From Blasia pusilla (Eukaryota): a stretch of 64,000 nt of DNA. Below are positions 1-11,932 of the stretch, piece by piece (positions within the stretch are counted from its first letter, which is position 1; each line of letters starts with the position of its first letter). A program made the translations under genes and the position numbers. The stretch is taken from assembly GCA_050084515.1 (NCBI GenBank), contig CM114271.1:34348001-34412000 (forward strand), given 5' to 3'. The notes below the pieces were generated by a model. That model saw only the letters and a program-made list of their open reading frames with translations, made no database searches and was not told the DNA's origin.

Positions 1-329
1 GAATGTTGTTGTTGTTGCACAAAATTTCATTTATATACAATTTTCCTTACATCTTAGGTTTGAGTTCACTTGCATAATTTGAAATTTTGAATATATGCTT
101 GCTGTTTTTTTTTAATATGAAAAAGTAACAAACAAAATTTTAAAAACAATCTTTTAGGTTTTTTTTTAATAAATTTTTTGCAAATTTTATACGAGTTTGT
201 TAATTCATAATTTTGAAGAGTTGAAAATTTTGAGTTCTTTGCGATCCTTTTTGGAGTCCTTGTTAATCCATTTTGAGTGTAATAAGCAAGGATTGTGAAG
301 TTTCATTGAAGTCGTAAGGTGCAAGTCTT

Positions 330-2790
330 AATCTCAAACGTGTGAGTCCAATACTTGCAATTATATGACGCATATACGACTCCAATGCGGCTCTTGGAAC
401 CCACAAAGTGACTCCAAATGTAATAGTGGAGGTGTTCCAATAAGTGTAAGTCCCTATAGAGTGCATATTCTTCAAGGGTTAGGTCAAGTATTTAAGGCAT
501 AACATAAATTCACAAGTGTTCAATAGTTAAAGGTAGAGGCTATAGGACATATCCCAAGCCCTACAGATATGAGTCAAGTCTAAACATTTATATGATTTAT
601 AAAGTCATATTGATGGTATGAAAAGGGTTTTAGTGTGATCATAAGGTCTTTGCTCTTGTTGATGAGACTTGATAATGTATGGCATGGGGAAATGATAAAT
701 AAGAAGTATTTCAAGAGCTCAAGGACATGTTAACCTCCTCGCCCATTTTATGGAGGCTTGGTAGGGGATTTTCCATTCAAGTTTCATACATATTAGAGGA
801 GCAAAGGAAGTTCATTGTGGCTTCTACAAATCAATGGAATAACATTTCAAGGGCAAAGTATAGATCCTACACGGCAGAGTGCTTAACCATACTATGGGTT
901 GTGGTACATTTTAGGTGTTATCTATCTTACAACCCTTTCACTTTTGTCATTGCTCATCAGTAATTTAGGTGGTTGATGGAGTCCAATAAGCTTACAGGGA
1001 AGCTTTACATGTGGGCTATTTTACTACACAAGTGTGATTTTCATGTGGTTTATGGATTAGATGAGTTCAATCCAAATAATGATAGGTTTAGTTGTTACCT
1101 ATATCTAAGTCAAAGAGATAAGATAGAAACTTGATGACATGAAGAGAGTGATGAGGAGATGGTGCCAAGTTGGCATCATTGTCCCTTCCTATATTCTTTG
1201 ATTACGTAAAGTTGAGAAGATGCAATGACTTCAACTAAGGGGTTGGATAGCGATTCTTTAAATCTTAAGGTCAATAAAGAGATAAAGGATAGTTAAGATA
1301 TCCAGAATGATGATGAGGTCGTGGAATATCTATACATAGATATCATAGTAAGCATAGAATATCGTACTTGTGTAGTAAAATAGTCCACCTGGAAAGCTTC
1401 CTTGTAAGCTTGTCGGAGTCCTTCCACCACCTCAACGATTATAGAGAGCCATGAGATTGAAGTGGAATGAGACACACATTTTATAGGTATGGGAATGTGG
1501 TAGGATGCGGATGGTGCCTCATCCTTCCTAACAAGTATGTGTTATACGCCATACCTATAAAGACTGTAAGGTTTAATATCAAGTTGGGGCATTTTAGAAG
1601 AAAGTGTGCTTACGACTTACTCTAGGTTTAATATCGTTTGCATGGCATGAAGATTGATTTTGAGCGAATTGGAGCAAAACTCATTGTGGGTGATTGAGTG
1701 CAATCAACCTTCAATGCTCCCACTCACAAATTTAATCTTTTCTTGATAATGGGATCAAGCCATCGTGGAGTCTAGACTTTGCTTGACCTTTGCCATTGAC
1801 ATTTTGTCCTCATATGTATTGTGTTGGTCATACTGTCAAACAAGGCAAGTGAAGGAGCGACTTACATTTTACTAGATCTTGTGTTGAGTCATTATAGTGT
1901 ACGCATTAAAGTGTTAAAAAACAAATCTATTTGTTGAGTTTAGAGGGAAGTTTTAGGCTTGAATGATTAGGCATTGTTAGATTATTGTACCGCATCTAAG
2001 GATTACTTTGAGGTGGATGGGTTGGCGAAGAGAATAATAGATACAGTGAAAAGAGTATTACGCAAGTATGGCTTATAGAAAGGATATTTGAGGGAGTGGG
2101 ACCTATATTTTCCATGGTTGGCTATGAGATATCATCTCAATAGGTAGAAACATTGAAACTATTTTCATCATATTTTTTATTTTATTGGAGAGAACTCGAT
2201 TGACTTTTTGGTATTTGATTAACATGGCATAGGTGTTACACCTTTATGACCTAGATGTATGAATATCAACATTTTCTCCAAAGGCGGATTTTGTTTTCTA
2301 ATGAGACGAAAACCTTATGTTACTACTCAACACAAGGATACATCGTAGCATGCAACCATTTATGGACAAGGCTATTATCAAAGGATTGTGAGATTCCATT
2401 TTGGAGATTATGTGTATTCATAGAGAGCAATATTAACGGAAGTAGATGTTATTGCAAGGCACACAATTTTGCATATGTGCGAGATGGTACCTATCAAAAT
2501 CCTCATATTGGAGGATATGATGGTTTGGTTTAGAAGTTTTGTGTGCATAATTTTTCATCGCATCATATTCTAAAAATGGGAAAATATATATTTGAGATTG
2601 AAAGTGGTATTTTTGGGCTTAATCTATAAATTGTATGGATATATAATAGATGCACATGTTTTGTTGGTTTGTAAGGGTTGTTTTAGAGGGTGGCATATTT
2701 TATGTTCTGTACCCTTCCCTTGATGTAATTCCCACAAGATAATGGATGTTGCCCATATATATATTTGTACTGTAATTTGTGGAGGGGTCT
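330..2790 (+). mobile_element. Degenerate Ty3/gypsy LTR-retrotransposon pol relic (RT end, RNase H, integrase, C-terminal PHD finger)
   Basis: Fragmentary translations in gypsy order: YLxHxI...KVEAIxxIPxPT (RT, ~490-570); FQELKDMLTSSPIL...ECLTILWVVVHFRCYL (RT-RH junction/RNase H, ~710-960); LGHF, WSLDFA and DGLAKRIIDTVKRVLRKYG (integrase, ~1580-2075); purine tract GGAGGGG near 2781. Many stops and frameshifts; boundaries approximate. Confidence 0.75.
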
Positions 2791-2996
2791 ACTCTATGAC
2801 TCTGATATGGCGACATCTCCGGAACACGACACGTGTTCCTAATACCCTACGGCAAAGGAAGCGTTTAAATACAGGGCAGGGCTCAAGGCGTATTCAAAAG
2901 AGAGGGGTGTATATGCACATTTATCAAGTGTATTCACAAGAGGGGGGCGTATACGCACATGAGGACCGTGCATGGCACGGTTCTTCACAGGCACTC

Positions 2997-3357
<361 letters not shown>

Positions 3358-3369
3358 ATTAGATTATAT

Positions 3370-4130
3370 AAAGTGGATGTGATGTGTGATATCTTAATTT
3401 AGGAGACTTAATCGTCTATTTGAGGGTTGGCTTTATGGTCTTAATATATATGTATGGTTTTTTTTAGAATATTGACGGATCTAGGTATGTATTGGGAAGA
3501 TGGATGATGTTTGTTATATACATGTGAATAATGATGTAGACTATGTAGTGATGTGTATGCACACAACAATTGTCACATCATAGTTAGCCAATAAGTAAAG
3601 TTATATCATGTTGACAATTGGTTGTTTGGGCATAACTTTGTCTTAAGTGGTTAGATTGGGTTGGCTTAACTTTAATCGCATTTGGATCATCTTTTATGAT
3701 CATCCATCTATTTGCAATTTCAAGTCGCATGATTTGTTGATAGTCATCTAAATAACTAATGTGCAAAGGTAACCATGTTTGGATATTTGTTAGGAACACT
3801 ATTTTGGCTCTTCCCAAAGGTATACAAGATGGGGAGAAGGCTCTCACTATGCATCTTCCTTGTGTTAAGCCTTTGTGACACTTATCCTTTATGGGCAAGT
3901 AGGAGTTTAAGTGCTGAATTCTTGATTTTTCTCATGGCAAAAGGGCGAATGTGGCTTGATTAGAGAGTGGAGCTAGCAGTGACCCCCATTTTTTACTTCA
4001 ATTTTGGTTGTATGGATGTACGTGTATGATTGTATTCTTGTATGTTTAGGGATCTACCAATGTATCAGGTAGATTGTCAATGTTTATTGCTTGGATGTGG
4101 ACAACAATAGTGATTTATATATGCACAATA
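3370..4130 (+). mobile_element. Two adjacent degenerate LTR-family copies (3' part of one ending at 3568, another starting at 3571)
   Basis: 3533-3568 GATGTAGACTATGTAGTGATGTGTATGCACACAACA matches the 3' end of the LTR at 29505-30130 and 55021-55320. TGTCACATC at 3571 matches their 5' end, and TTTTGGCTCTTCCCAAAGGTATA at ~3802 matches their interior. Confidence 0.55.
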
Positions 4131-4414
4131 AGGATCGCATGCTCTTAACTTCGGAAATGGTAGAAGAAATTATCATATTTCCCCTTCAATTAATATGAAT
4201 GAAATAAGCACTAAGATGAATGAAATAAGCCATGTCATTGATACATTTATGTGAGTGATGACTTTCAATGGAACGACTTTAACTCTGTCAAGGATATTGC
4301 TATTTAACACTAACAAATAGTGAAGGCCATAGAAGGCCGTGGCCTTGCAATTATTGTGAGAGCGGATAGCTTGAACATGGATAGGTAAGTAAGAAGGGAC
4401 TGAGAAAAGGAGCG

Positions 4415-4485
4415 TCAATGTGGATTCGAACCCGGACTAGAGCACCTGTTGCTCACGACCTACCCCACTAGCCTAGCAGCATTCC
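4415..4485 (-). mobile_element. tRNA-derived SINE-like head (Pol III A and B boxes)
   Basis: The minus strand reads ...TAGGCTAGTGG (A-box-like)...GGTTCGAATCC (perfect B box) at tRNA-like spacing. I could not fold a convincing cloverleaf. Confidence 0.5.
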
Positions 4486-6613
4486 ATGGTGATATGTAGG
4501 GGGCTTTGTTATTTAGTTGTGATTTAAAAAAAAATATCTGCCTATGTCTTATGCCCACTGAAGCCTGCTAGTCTCACAATGAATGCAAGAGTGTATATCT
4601 ATGCGCCTCGACAAATAGATATGGTACATTGCCTTTATTGTATTATTCACCCACAAGCATACCTACCTAAATATTGATTCCACTAGCGAACAAGGGTATA
4701 CACATATTTTCAACCAATTTTGAATACATAATATTCTTCAAAATTTCAAAACTACCTCTATGTCATTTGTCACTGAAAACTTTACACCAATTATGCTCCA
4801 TCGAATTTATGGTTCAAAATATCAAACAAATGGTATTCAATTGGATATTGAAAAAATTATTAAACATGTTGTAGTTATTGAGATAATCATACGAAAGAAT
4901 ATTGGGAGGCACTTTTTATTTCAAGTATTCCATTGATTTCATATACTAGAAGAAAAGTAAGGTTTGAATGACTCAACCATCAATAACTTATATCCAAAAT
5001 AGCTCAATTCATGACTTGATTCGTTTAGTTTCATTTTAATCACTTATCGAACTAATATAATTATATCCTCGTCACTTATGCAATAATTATATTCATATGT
5101 ATGAGATTTATATACAAGATAGAATAAATATATTCAAATATCATTTAAAAAATCTATAATTAGAAGGAAATGGGTTCACAATTCATATTGGATATCTTTC
5201 AAAAAGTACTATGAGCTTTAGTAAGAAATAAATTCCACTAGGAACACTAAAATTGAACCCACCTTACATATTCTATTATTGTCAATATGGAATGTAGAGT
5301 AGGAAAAAATTAAGAGAAAATAATAACACCTTTATTATTTGGCTTTTGAAATGTTCCTTATACTATATTGGACAAGTAAATTTCAAAGGAAGAAAAAAGG
5401 TCAAGTTGAATTTTAAAAGAGATGAGAAATGATAATAAATAACTATTTGGTACTCCCCAAGTTGGAGGAATGAGGTGTTTATTATGGGGTTATTGGAAAA
5501 GTATAATATTTATTGGGAATCGAACTAAAAGATACTTGGTGAGCATATACATGGTTGATTAAATGGAAGGCATATTCAATTTCATAACCTTTAGAGGTTT
5601 GTTTTATTCTTACCTATTTGATGGATTTTTAAACCTTAGAACTTTTCCAAAAGATATTATTTGAGATGATTTTAATTTTCCATATTTAAAAATAATTTTC
5701 AAGAATATTTAAGAACGAAAATAACCTATGTTTTATGCTTTTATTATCATAAATTTTCTAAAATTTTAAAAATTAATAGGTATTATAATTTTAATTATGG
5801 AATTGTTTTTTTTGGGAAAAAATTATTATTAAAAATTCCATGGAGACCCTTACATGTTTTAAAAAATGAATATTCCAAATATGAGTATAGAAAGAATCAT
5901 ATTTTACTAGTTCAATTTGAATGAAACTCCACTTTCAAAAATGCATTTATCTTTCTATGCACATCGAAAAAAGTAGGCTTTTCAATCAGTGGATAGCCTA
6001 TCAACCTTACACAAAACGTTGAAAATAAGTATATGGAGGTAAATGGTTTACATATCCAGATGATATTTTAAATTTATTAATTCCCTTTTTTATTTGTTGT
6101 ATTGTTGGAGTGGGGATGTGCTTAAACCCATTTGCTCTTCATAGGCCATTATTTATTAAAAAATATGATCACAAATATAAAATTTGGAAAAATCTCCAGA
6201 AAATTGGTACATGATATTTACGGACCCTACATGGATGCTTCGTTTTGCTTCTCGACTGGGCAGGCCATTTGGTTTGTGTGGTTGTTGTATACCGTGGATG
6301 AAAGTTTTGCGTGTCCGCCTACCCTGGATCCTTGTAACCTGATTCGTGTGACTTAAATTCATGTGATTAATAATATTCTTGCAACTCTTTAACAACCTCC
6401 TACTATTTCCGTCCCATTCGTATGGCTAAATTCATGTGATTAATGATATTTGTGACTTTATAATTAATTATGCCCCATCCGTCCTATTCTTTCATGTGCG
6501 TTATAGTATCCTCTCCCTTGGTGCGTATACTTCGTATACAAACTTGTTTATATATGGGCATCTTTTCTCCCCTCCCACAACTTCCTCTCCCTAGTATTCT
6601 CTACTTTCCGCGC

Positions 6614-6659
6614 GGCTATTCTCTCCTATATATATATTAGTATATAGGAGAGAATAGCC
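6614..6659. repeat. Perfect 19-bp inverted repeat (hairpin)
   Basis: GGCTATTCTCTCCTATATA, 8-nt spacer, TATATAGGAGAGAATAGCC. Confidence 0.95.
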
Positions 6660-9600
6660 CAAAACTTCCCCTCCCTCGTATATAAAAAACTAATGTATCT
6701 CGTATACAAACTACTAGTGGTTTGTACGAACTACAAATGTTTTCTCTCCCACTCTTACCAAAGGGCCGCATATTGGTTATAATTATATTTAAATGTCTCT
6801 GGATGTTACATATTTGAGCAAACTTCACTAGGTTGTTTAAGTTTGAAACCTACATCCTAGAAATTTTGATAAATGGACAAATGGGTGGAGGGTCAATTGA
6901 CTGATGGAGAAAAGATGGATGGAAAAACAGATAGAGGACGGACAAAGGCTGGATAGTAATCGCAGTGTGAGCGGATTTACACAAGATGGATGTATAGATA
7001 AGGAGCAAGTGAAAGGAGGGAGAATTGACAAATATAGTATGGACAAGTATATTTATATTTACATGTTTGTTATATATTTATGAATAGCCTTAGTCATTAT
7101 CAATGTCGTTAGCATAGTTGTACAGGTCATGAGGCATTATGAGTTATTCAGTGTTTGTCAACGACTCATCTTAGTGAACCTTTTGCCATCCTATAAGGCA
7201 CAAAAAATTTGAGGGCACCTTGTATAACATGGCCCCATAAATATGATGCACATACAGTTACGGCCAATTTACTGGTCTCTATAATGGTTGGATGTAATAA
7301 AAATCCAAAAAAGAAGAAGTATTTGGGTAGTACTATATACATATAAATTTGATCATGTAATATAAAATTAGAAGGCCTTAAGATACTCTTATAGTTGTCT
7401 TCTCATAATAATTATAGTCATACATTTTTTAATCAGTAATTCAAATAAGTCTTTATGAAAAATATGTTAATTACATTAAGGAATTTAAAGAAAGAAGTCC
7501 AACCACGCAACGCAGAGAAGAGATGTACTAGAGAGTTCAAATTTGTACTATCATGCTCCCCCAAAACAGACGCCTCATAGGATTTGCATATAGGATAACC
7601 CGTTCAGTATCATTAAGTAATAGAAGGCTAGCTAGAGGTATCTTGTGACTCACCATATTAACAATGACTCGGTAACATGCCCATGCTATGCACAAAAAAA
7701 GGGTTTAAAAAAAATCCTTAGAAAAGAAAATATCATGCTACAATCACCATTATCTGTATTATCATTGGAGAGTGCCCTTTCATTTCTCAAACTCTTCTCC
7801 TCTTGACACTTGGCAATTTTAGTCAATAGGACCATTTGCTTTTTGAACCAATAGGATTGTTCAAAATTAATTTAAAATGACACTTGAGAGTTAATTATGG
7901 GAGGTAATTCAAAACCACGAAGGGCACCAGCTTACATTAGTTGGATCTAAAAGAGTAGTGGAGGTTCTTCTTAAATACCCCATTCCTCATGTTCATTAAT
8001 TCCCCACTACTCAATAACTCGCACTATCGAAATAAAACCTTATTTCTTTCTCCAATATTACCATCTCTCCTCCGCCCAAATTTGTCACTTCCTTTAGGGT
8101 TCCTACTAACACGCTACCTTGAGAGATAAAATAATATATCTCAAGGTTGATATTCTTTTGTCTTACCGTGTAATTATATTCTAATGTTTAGGCATGAAAA
8201 AGTAAATTTGTTTCACGTTCTTTCAATAAAAAATTGGAATATAATTCCTACTTTCATAAATGTTAAAGGAGTAATAATATGACACTCTTATGAATAATTC
8301 CACTCTTACATTAAAATTAAAATAATATCCTATTCCCTTCAATAATTTCATCATTCCATAAAAATTTTGAACAATTTTTGTTCGTACCCCTCCACTCAAA
8401 AAATTTACACACTTCAATTAAATCATCATTTAATTTTAATTAATGAAATCATTTCATTTTTCATTCAAAATCGATTTTCCTTCCCAAAATATTAAGTACG
8501 AATTAAGAGAAAAAATTGGAAAATTGTTACTCTCTTGTCTTATCATTTTATCATTATGTCTTATTTTTCCCATAATATTAATATATATGTATGCCATATT
8601 TATATCATAAACGCGAATGCTACAAGAAAAAATAATCAACATTCTCATACTTCTTTTCCTCCTAACAATTCTCTTTGCTTTTGGACTAAAAATTCAAATC
8701 AAATTAGTGTAACGAGTGTAAACGTGCATTCAAATAATTTGAAGGGAGGAGAATTTAGAAAGTGAGAGGGTAAGTTTTATTTTTATAACAGGTTTGTGAA
8801 CGGTGGTGCTTAAATCCAACAAGACTTAAAATGAGAAATCAAATAGGGAAGTTTCAATTTCTCCTGTTCACTTACTTGCAATGAATGGATAAAGAGCAGA
8901 AGCGAGAAAATCTTCCTGTCTAAAAGAAGGAAAATCGCCAAACATGCGATGATTCAACTCGCTCATAAAGAAGTTCCTGAAATATTTTTGTGCGGTTGTC
9001 CATCAGTCGTACGAATAACCCGTCCATCTATCTATATATATGTATACCACAACTCACATCACAAGCAACACTCATAGGAGCGGGGAAAGAGGCACATGGT
9101 CATGTGGAGTGCCACACACCAAAAGCCAGGGTATTTTTTCCTGCACGCGGTCTCGTTCATTGGGAAAGGCCTAAACTATTATTTTGCGTCTCCCCAGCCG
9201 CTATGGTTCCCGGGCAAGTAAGATTTGTTTCGATAATTTATAATTTTCGTGGCGCGGCGGCCTGGAAGTGTGAAGTGACCGTTTATTAAGGCAGTAAAAA
9301 TTCCAGGCACAGTTGTAAATCGTAATATCATCATGACCTCGTATCGACAACTGCCCATGACCTACTCACTGGTGAACGGGTGAATCTCATTTTCATCTAT
9401 TTATGCACTCGTGAGTCATGAAGACCTATTTGGTTGGTTTGGACAGACGCCCCCGAAGTTAAACGTGCACCGGAACGAAATAATCCACATCGCAATAGCC
9501 ACTTATGCGTGCGATCCGTCCCCCCTTCCAGAGCAAACAAACGTAGATGTTATCTGTACCTCTCACCGACTTCAGTGGCCGCTGGTGAAGAAAGTGCACC

Positions 9601-10900
9601 ACTCGTCTGCGAGACACCCAAAACGAGGTCAAAAGGACGTGATACATCCCAAGGCTAGGCTAATTGTCAAACGAGAGCGGTCCTTTGTAACGCGACGGAG
9701 TCCTGCGACGCGAAGGAAATGCGTAATCCGTGATCAGTCCAGAACGCACCCAACCGCCCGGAGGCCGGTTAGCTAACCCTTGGGAGAGGGGTCACCGCTA
9801 AAGAACGACGTCCTGAGCACTGGAAGACAGTCAGGTCAAGGGCCACGGCTGGCTGGCTAGCTAGCTAGCTGGCTGGCTATCTGGATAGCGAGGCCCCTGG
9901 TTGGATGCGTATGCGGTCCCCGACACAAGCGGAGGACTGGGCACTCGTGTATATTGGTGGTGTAGATTTCAGGCGCGATCAAAGACAGCTACGAAAAATA
10001 TCTCGAATACCTGGCGTAAACCTAATGACGAGGGGGAGTTAGAGGAGGCGAGGTCGGTTAATAAATATAAAAGGCGCCAAAATAGCCGGGGTTCTATTTT
10101 CTCCAAGCCGTCAGAGGCGCTCTGACGCAGGAAGTGTATTGCAAGCTGAACTGGGAAGACCCGCGGTACGTCCGTCTGCTTGGTAGGAGCGAGCTGCGGG
10201 GTTCGCAGCGCGGTTGTAGACATGGTCTGGCAAGGAGGTTATGGCTTGGAGGCCGCCGCGCCGCCCTTTCGATCCCTGGCTTCGGCGGGAAAAATAGAGG
10301 CGAAATCCCAAGAACCTAATTACCACGTGCCGTGGTTAATCACCCGGTTTCACCTACCCCACTCCTGCCGCCTGCACTCTGGAGCAGCGGGCGTCTACGT
10401 AACCCTTCCGGGGCCGGTCAACGATGTGTATGACCCCTTGGGACCGGTTCGCCAGCCGGCACGAAGGACCGCGAGAGCTGCGGGCGACATTTCTCGAAAC
10501 TCCAGCTATCGAAAAAGAAAAAAAAGGAAAAAAAGGAAAAAGAAAACGAATGCCGTTGCGTTGTCGCCGAAAAGTGAAAGGGCCGGACGTCGTCGCCACG
10601 GCGAGAAGCAATTCCCGGCGGTGCAGGGCGACGGATTAACCCATGAGACGAGAGTAAACGTGGTTTATATCGAGGTTGGCCGCACGGTGGGGCGGCAGAG
10701 CGCGTCCACGGGTGCCTCATTAGGGGCGGATGGTTCCGCGCTGTTAGGGACAGGGTGAAAATTAGCCGCGGGTGATTAGGTTGGGGGCAGGTTCCGAGCG
10801 GCGGAGGACGGCCTCGAGTGGTCCGGCTTACGTGAAATCGATCAGTAAAGGGGGGGGGCGGCATCGTTTACGTAACGGGAGCGAGCGACTGAAGGGAAGC

Positions 10901-11146
10901 AGAGGGCCGGGAGCCGACGGAGACGAAGGAAGGAAGGAAGGAAGGGTGCAGGCCGCAGGCAGGGCCGAGGGGAGGGTAGAGGGCCGGGAGCCGACGGAGG
11001 CAAGGGAAGAAGGAAGCGCGCAGGCCGCACGTAGGGCCGAGGAGAGGGTAGAGGGCCGGGAGCCGACGGAGGCAAGGGAACAAGGAAGCGCGCAGGCCGC
11101 ACGCAGGGCCGAGGAGAGGGTAGAGGGCCGGGACTCGGGAGCCGAC
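10901..11146 (+). repeat. GC-rich 72-bp minisatellite, about 3.3 copies, upstream of the kinase gene
   Basis: The unit start AGAGGGCCGGGA recurs at 10901, 10978, 11050 and ~11122. Confidence 0.9.
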
Positions 11147-11206
11147 ACTCACTGGTCGACGGAGGCTAGGGACGAAGGCAAGCAGGAAGCAGGCGACGGG
11201 GTCGAC

Positions 11207-11251
11207 GAGAGAGAGAGAAAGAGAAAGAGAGAGACAGAGAGGAGAGGGAGA
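11207..11251. promoter_or_regulatory. GA-repeat (GAGA-type) tract in the 5' leader/promoter of the kinase gene
   Basis: GAGAGAGAGAGAAAGAGAAAGAGAGAGACAGAGAGGAGAGGGAGA about 700 bp upstream of the ATG; regulatory role inferred only. Confidence 0.35.
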
Positions 11252-11932
11252 GGTAGGAAATGCGGGTTGGCCTGGCCGGGTTAGGGGCAAGTAAGTAAAG
11301 CTGTGCTTGGCCGGGAGGGGTGGGGAGCGCCTGCAAGGGAAGACGAGCTTGGTTGATGAGGAAAGGAGCAGGAGGAAGAGGGTATGGTGGTGGTGGGGGA
11401 CGAGGTGGCGGTGGTGGTGCTGCGGGGAGGAGCAGGCAGGAGGAGGTGAGAGTGCGCTGCACTGTTTTCTCTGGCATCTCATACGTGCTGGCCATGGCGG
11501 ATGCACGTCCCTTGGAGCAAGAGTGGTAGATTCAGCAGAGCGGAAGATAGATGAGACAGGAGACGGGAGCCGTGTGATCAGGACGAGAGACTAGTCGATT
11601 TTTCATTTGCTCGTGTTGGATGTGCAAACTTGTGCAGTTGTTGCTTGTTTTACATCGGGTGAGAGGGAGTGGAACGAATTAGGAAAAGATCTGGCAGCAG
11701 ACGATAGTCAGTTAGGAGAGCAAGATCTCGAGGTTAAGAGGACGAATGAACGAAGGAACCCTAAGGAGGACGTCAGATCTGTTTGGCATTGTGTAGACCC
11801 GACTGACGGGGGTGACGAGAGTGGATAGTGAGGAGAGGAAAAGATTGGGGCGAAAGATATGAGTGAGGCTGTAGAGAAGGAGAGGGAGAGTGCCGTTTGT
11901 GCAGTACGGGTGGTTGAGTGCATGGGTGAAGG

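Noticed and set aside
4415-4485. Functional tRNA gene
   Set aside because: No convincing acceptor or anticodon stems; reported as a SINE-like head instead.
7240-7531. Possible Helitron 3' end (CACGCAACGC...CTAG) and SYGQF helicase-like fragment; similar end at ~47520-47546 minus
   Set aside because: Hairpin not intact and peptide match too short to support.
9411-11830. Many overlapping 60-212 aa ORFs upstream of the kinase
   Set aside because: GC-rich low-complexity promoter/UTR DNA, many non-ATG starts, no recognisable domains.
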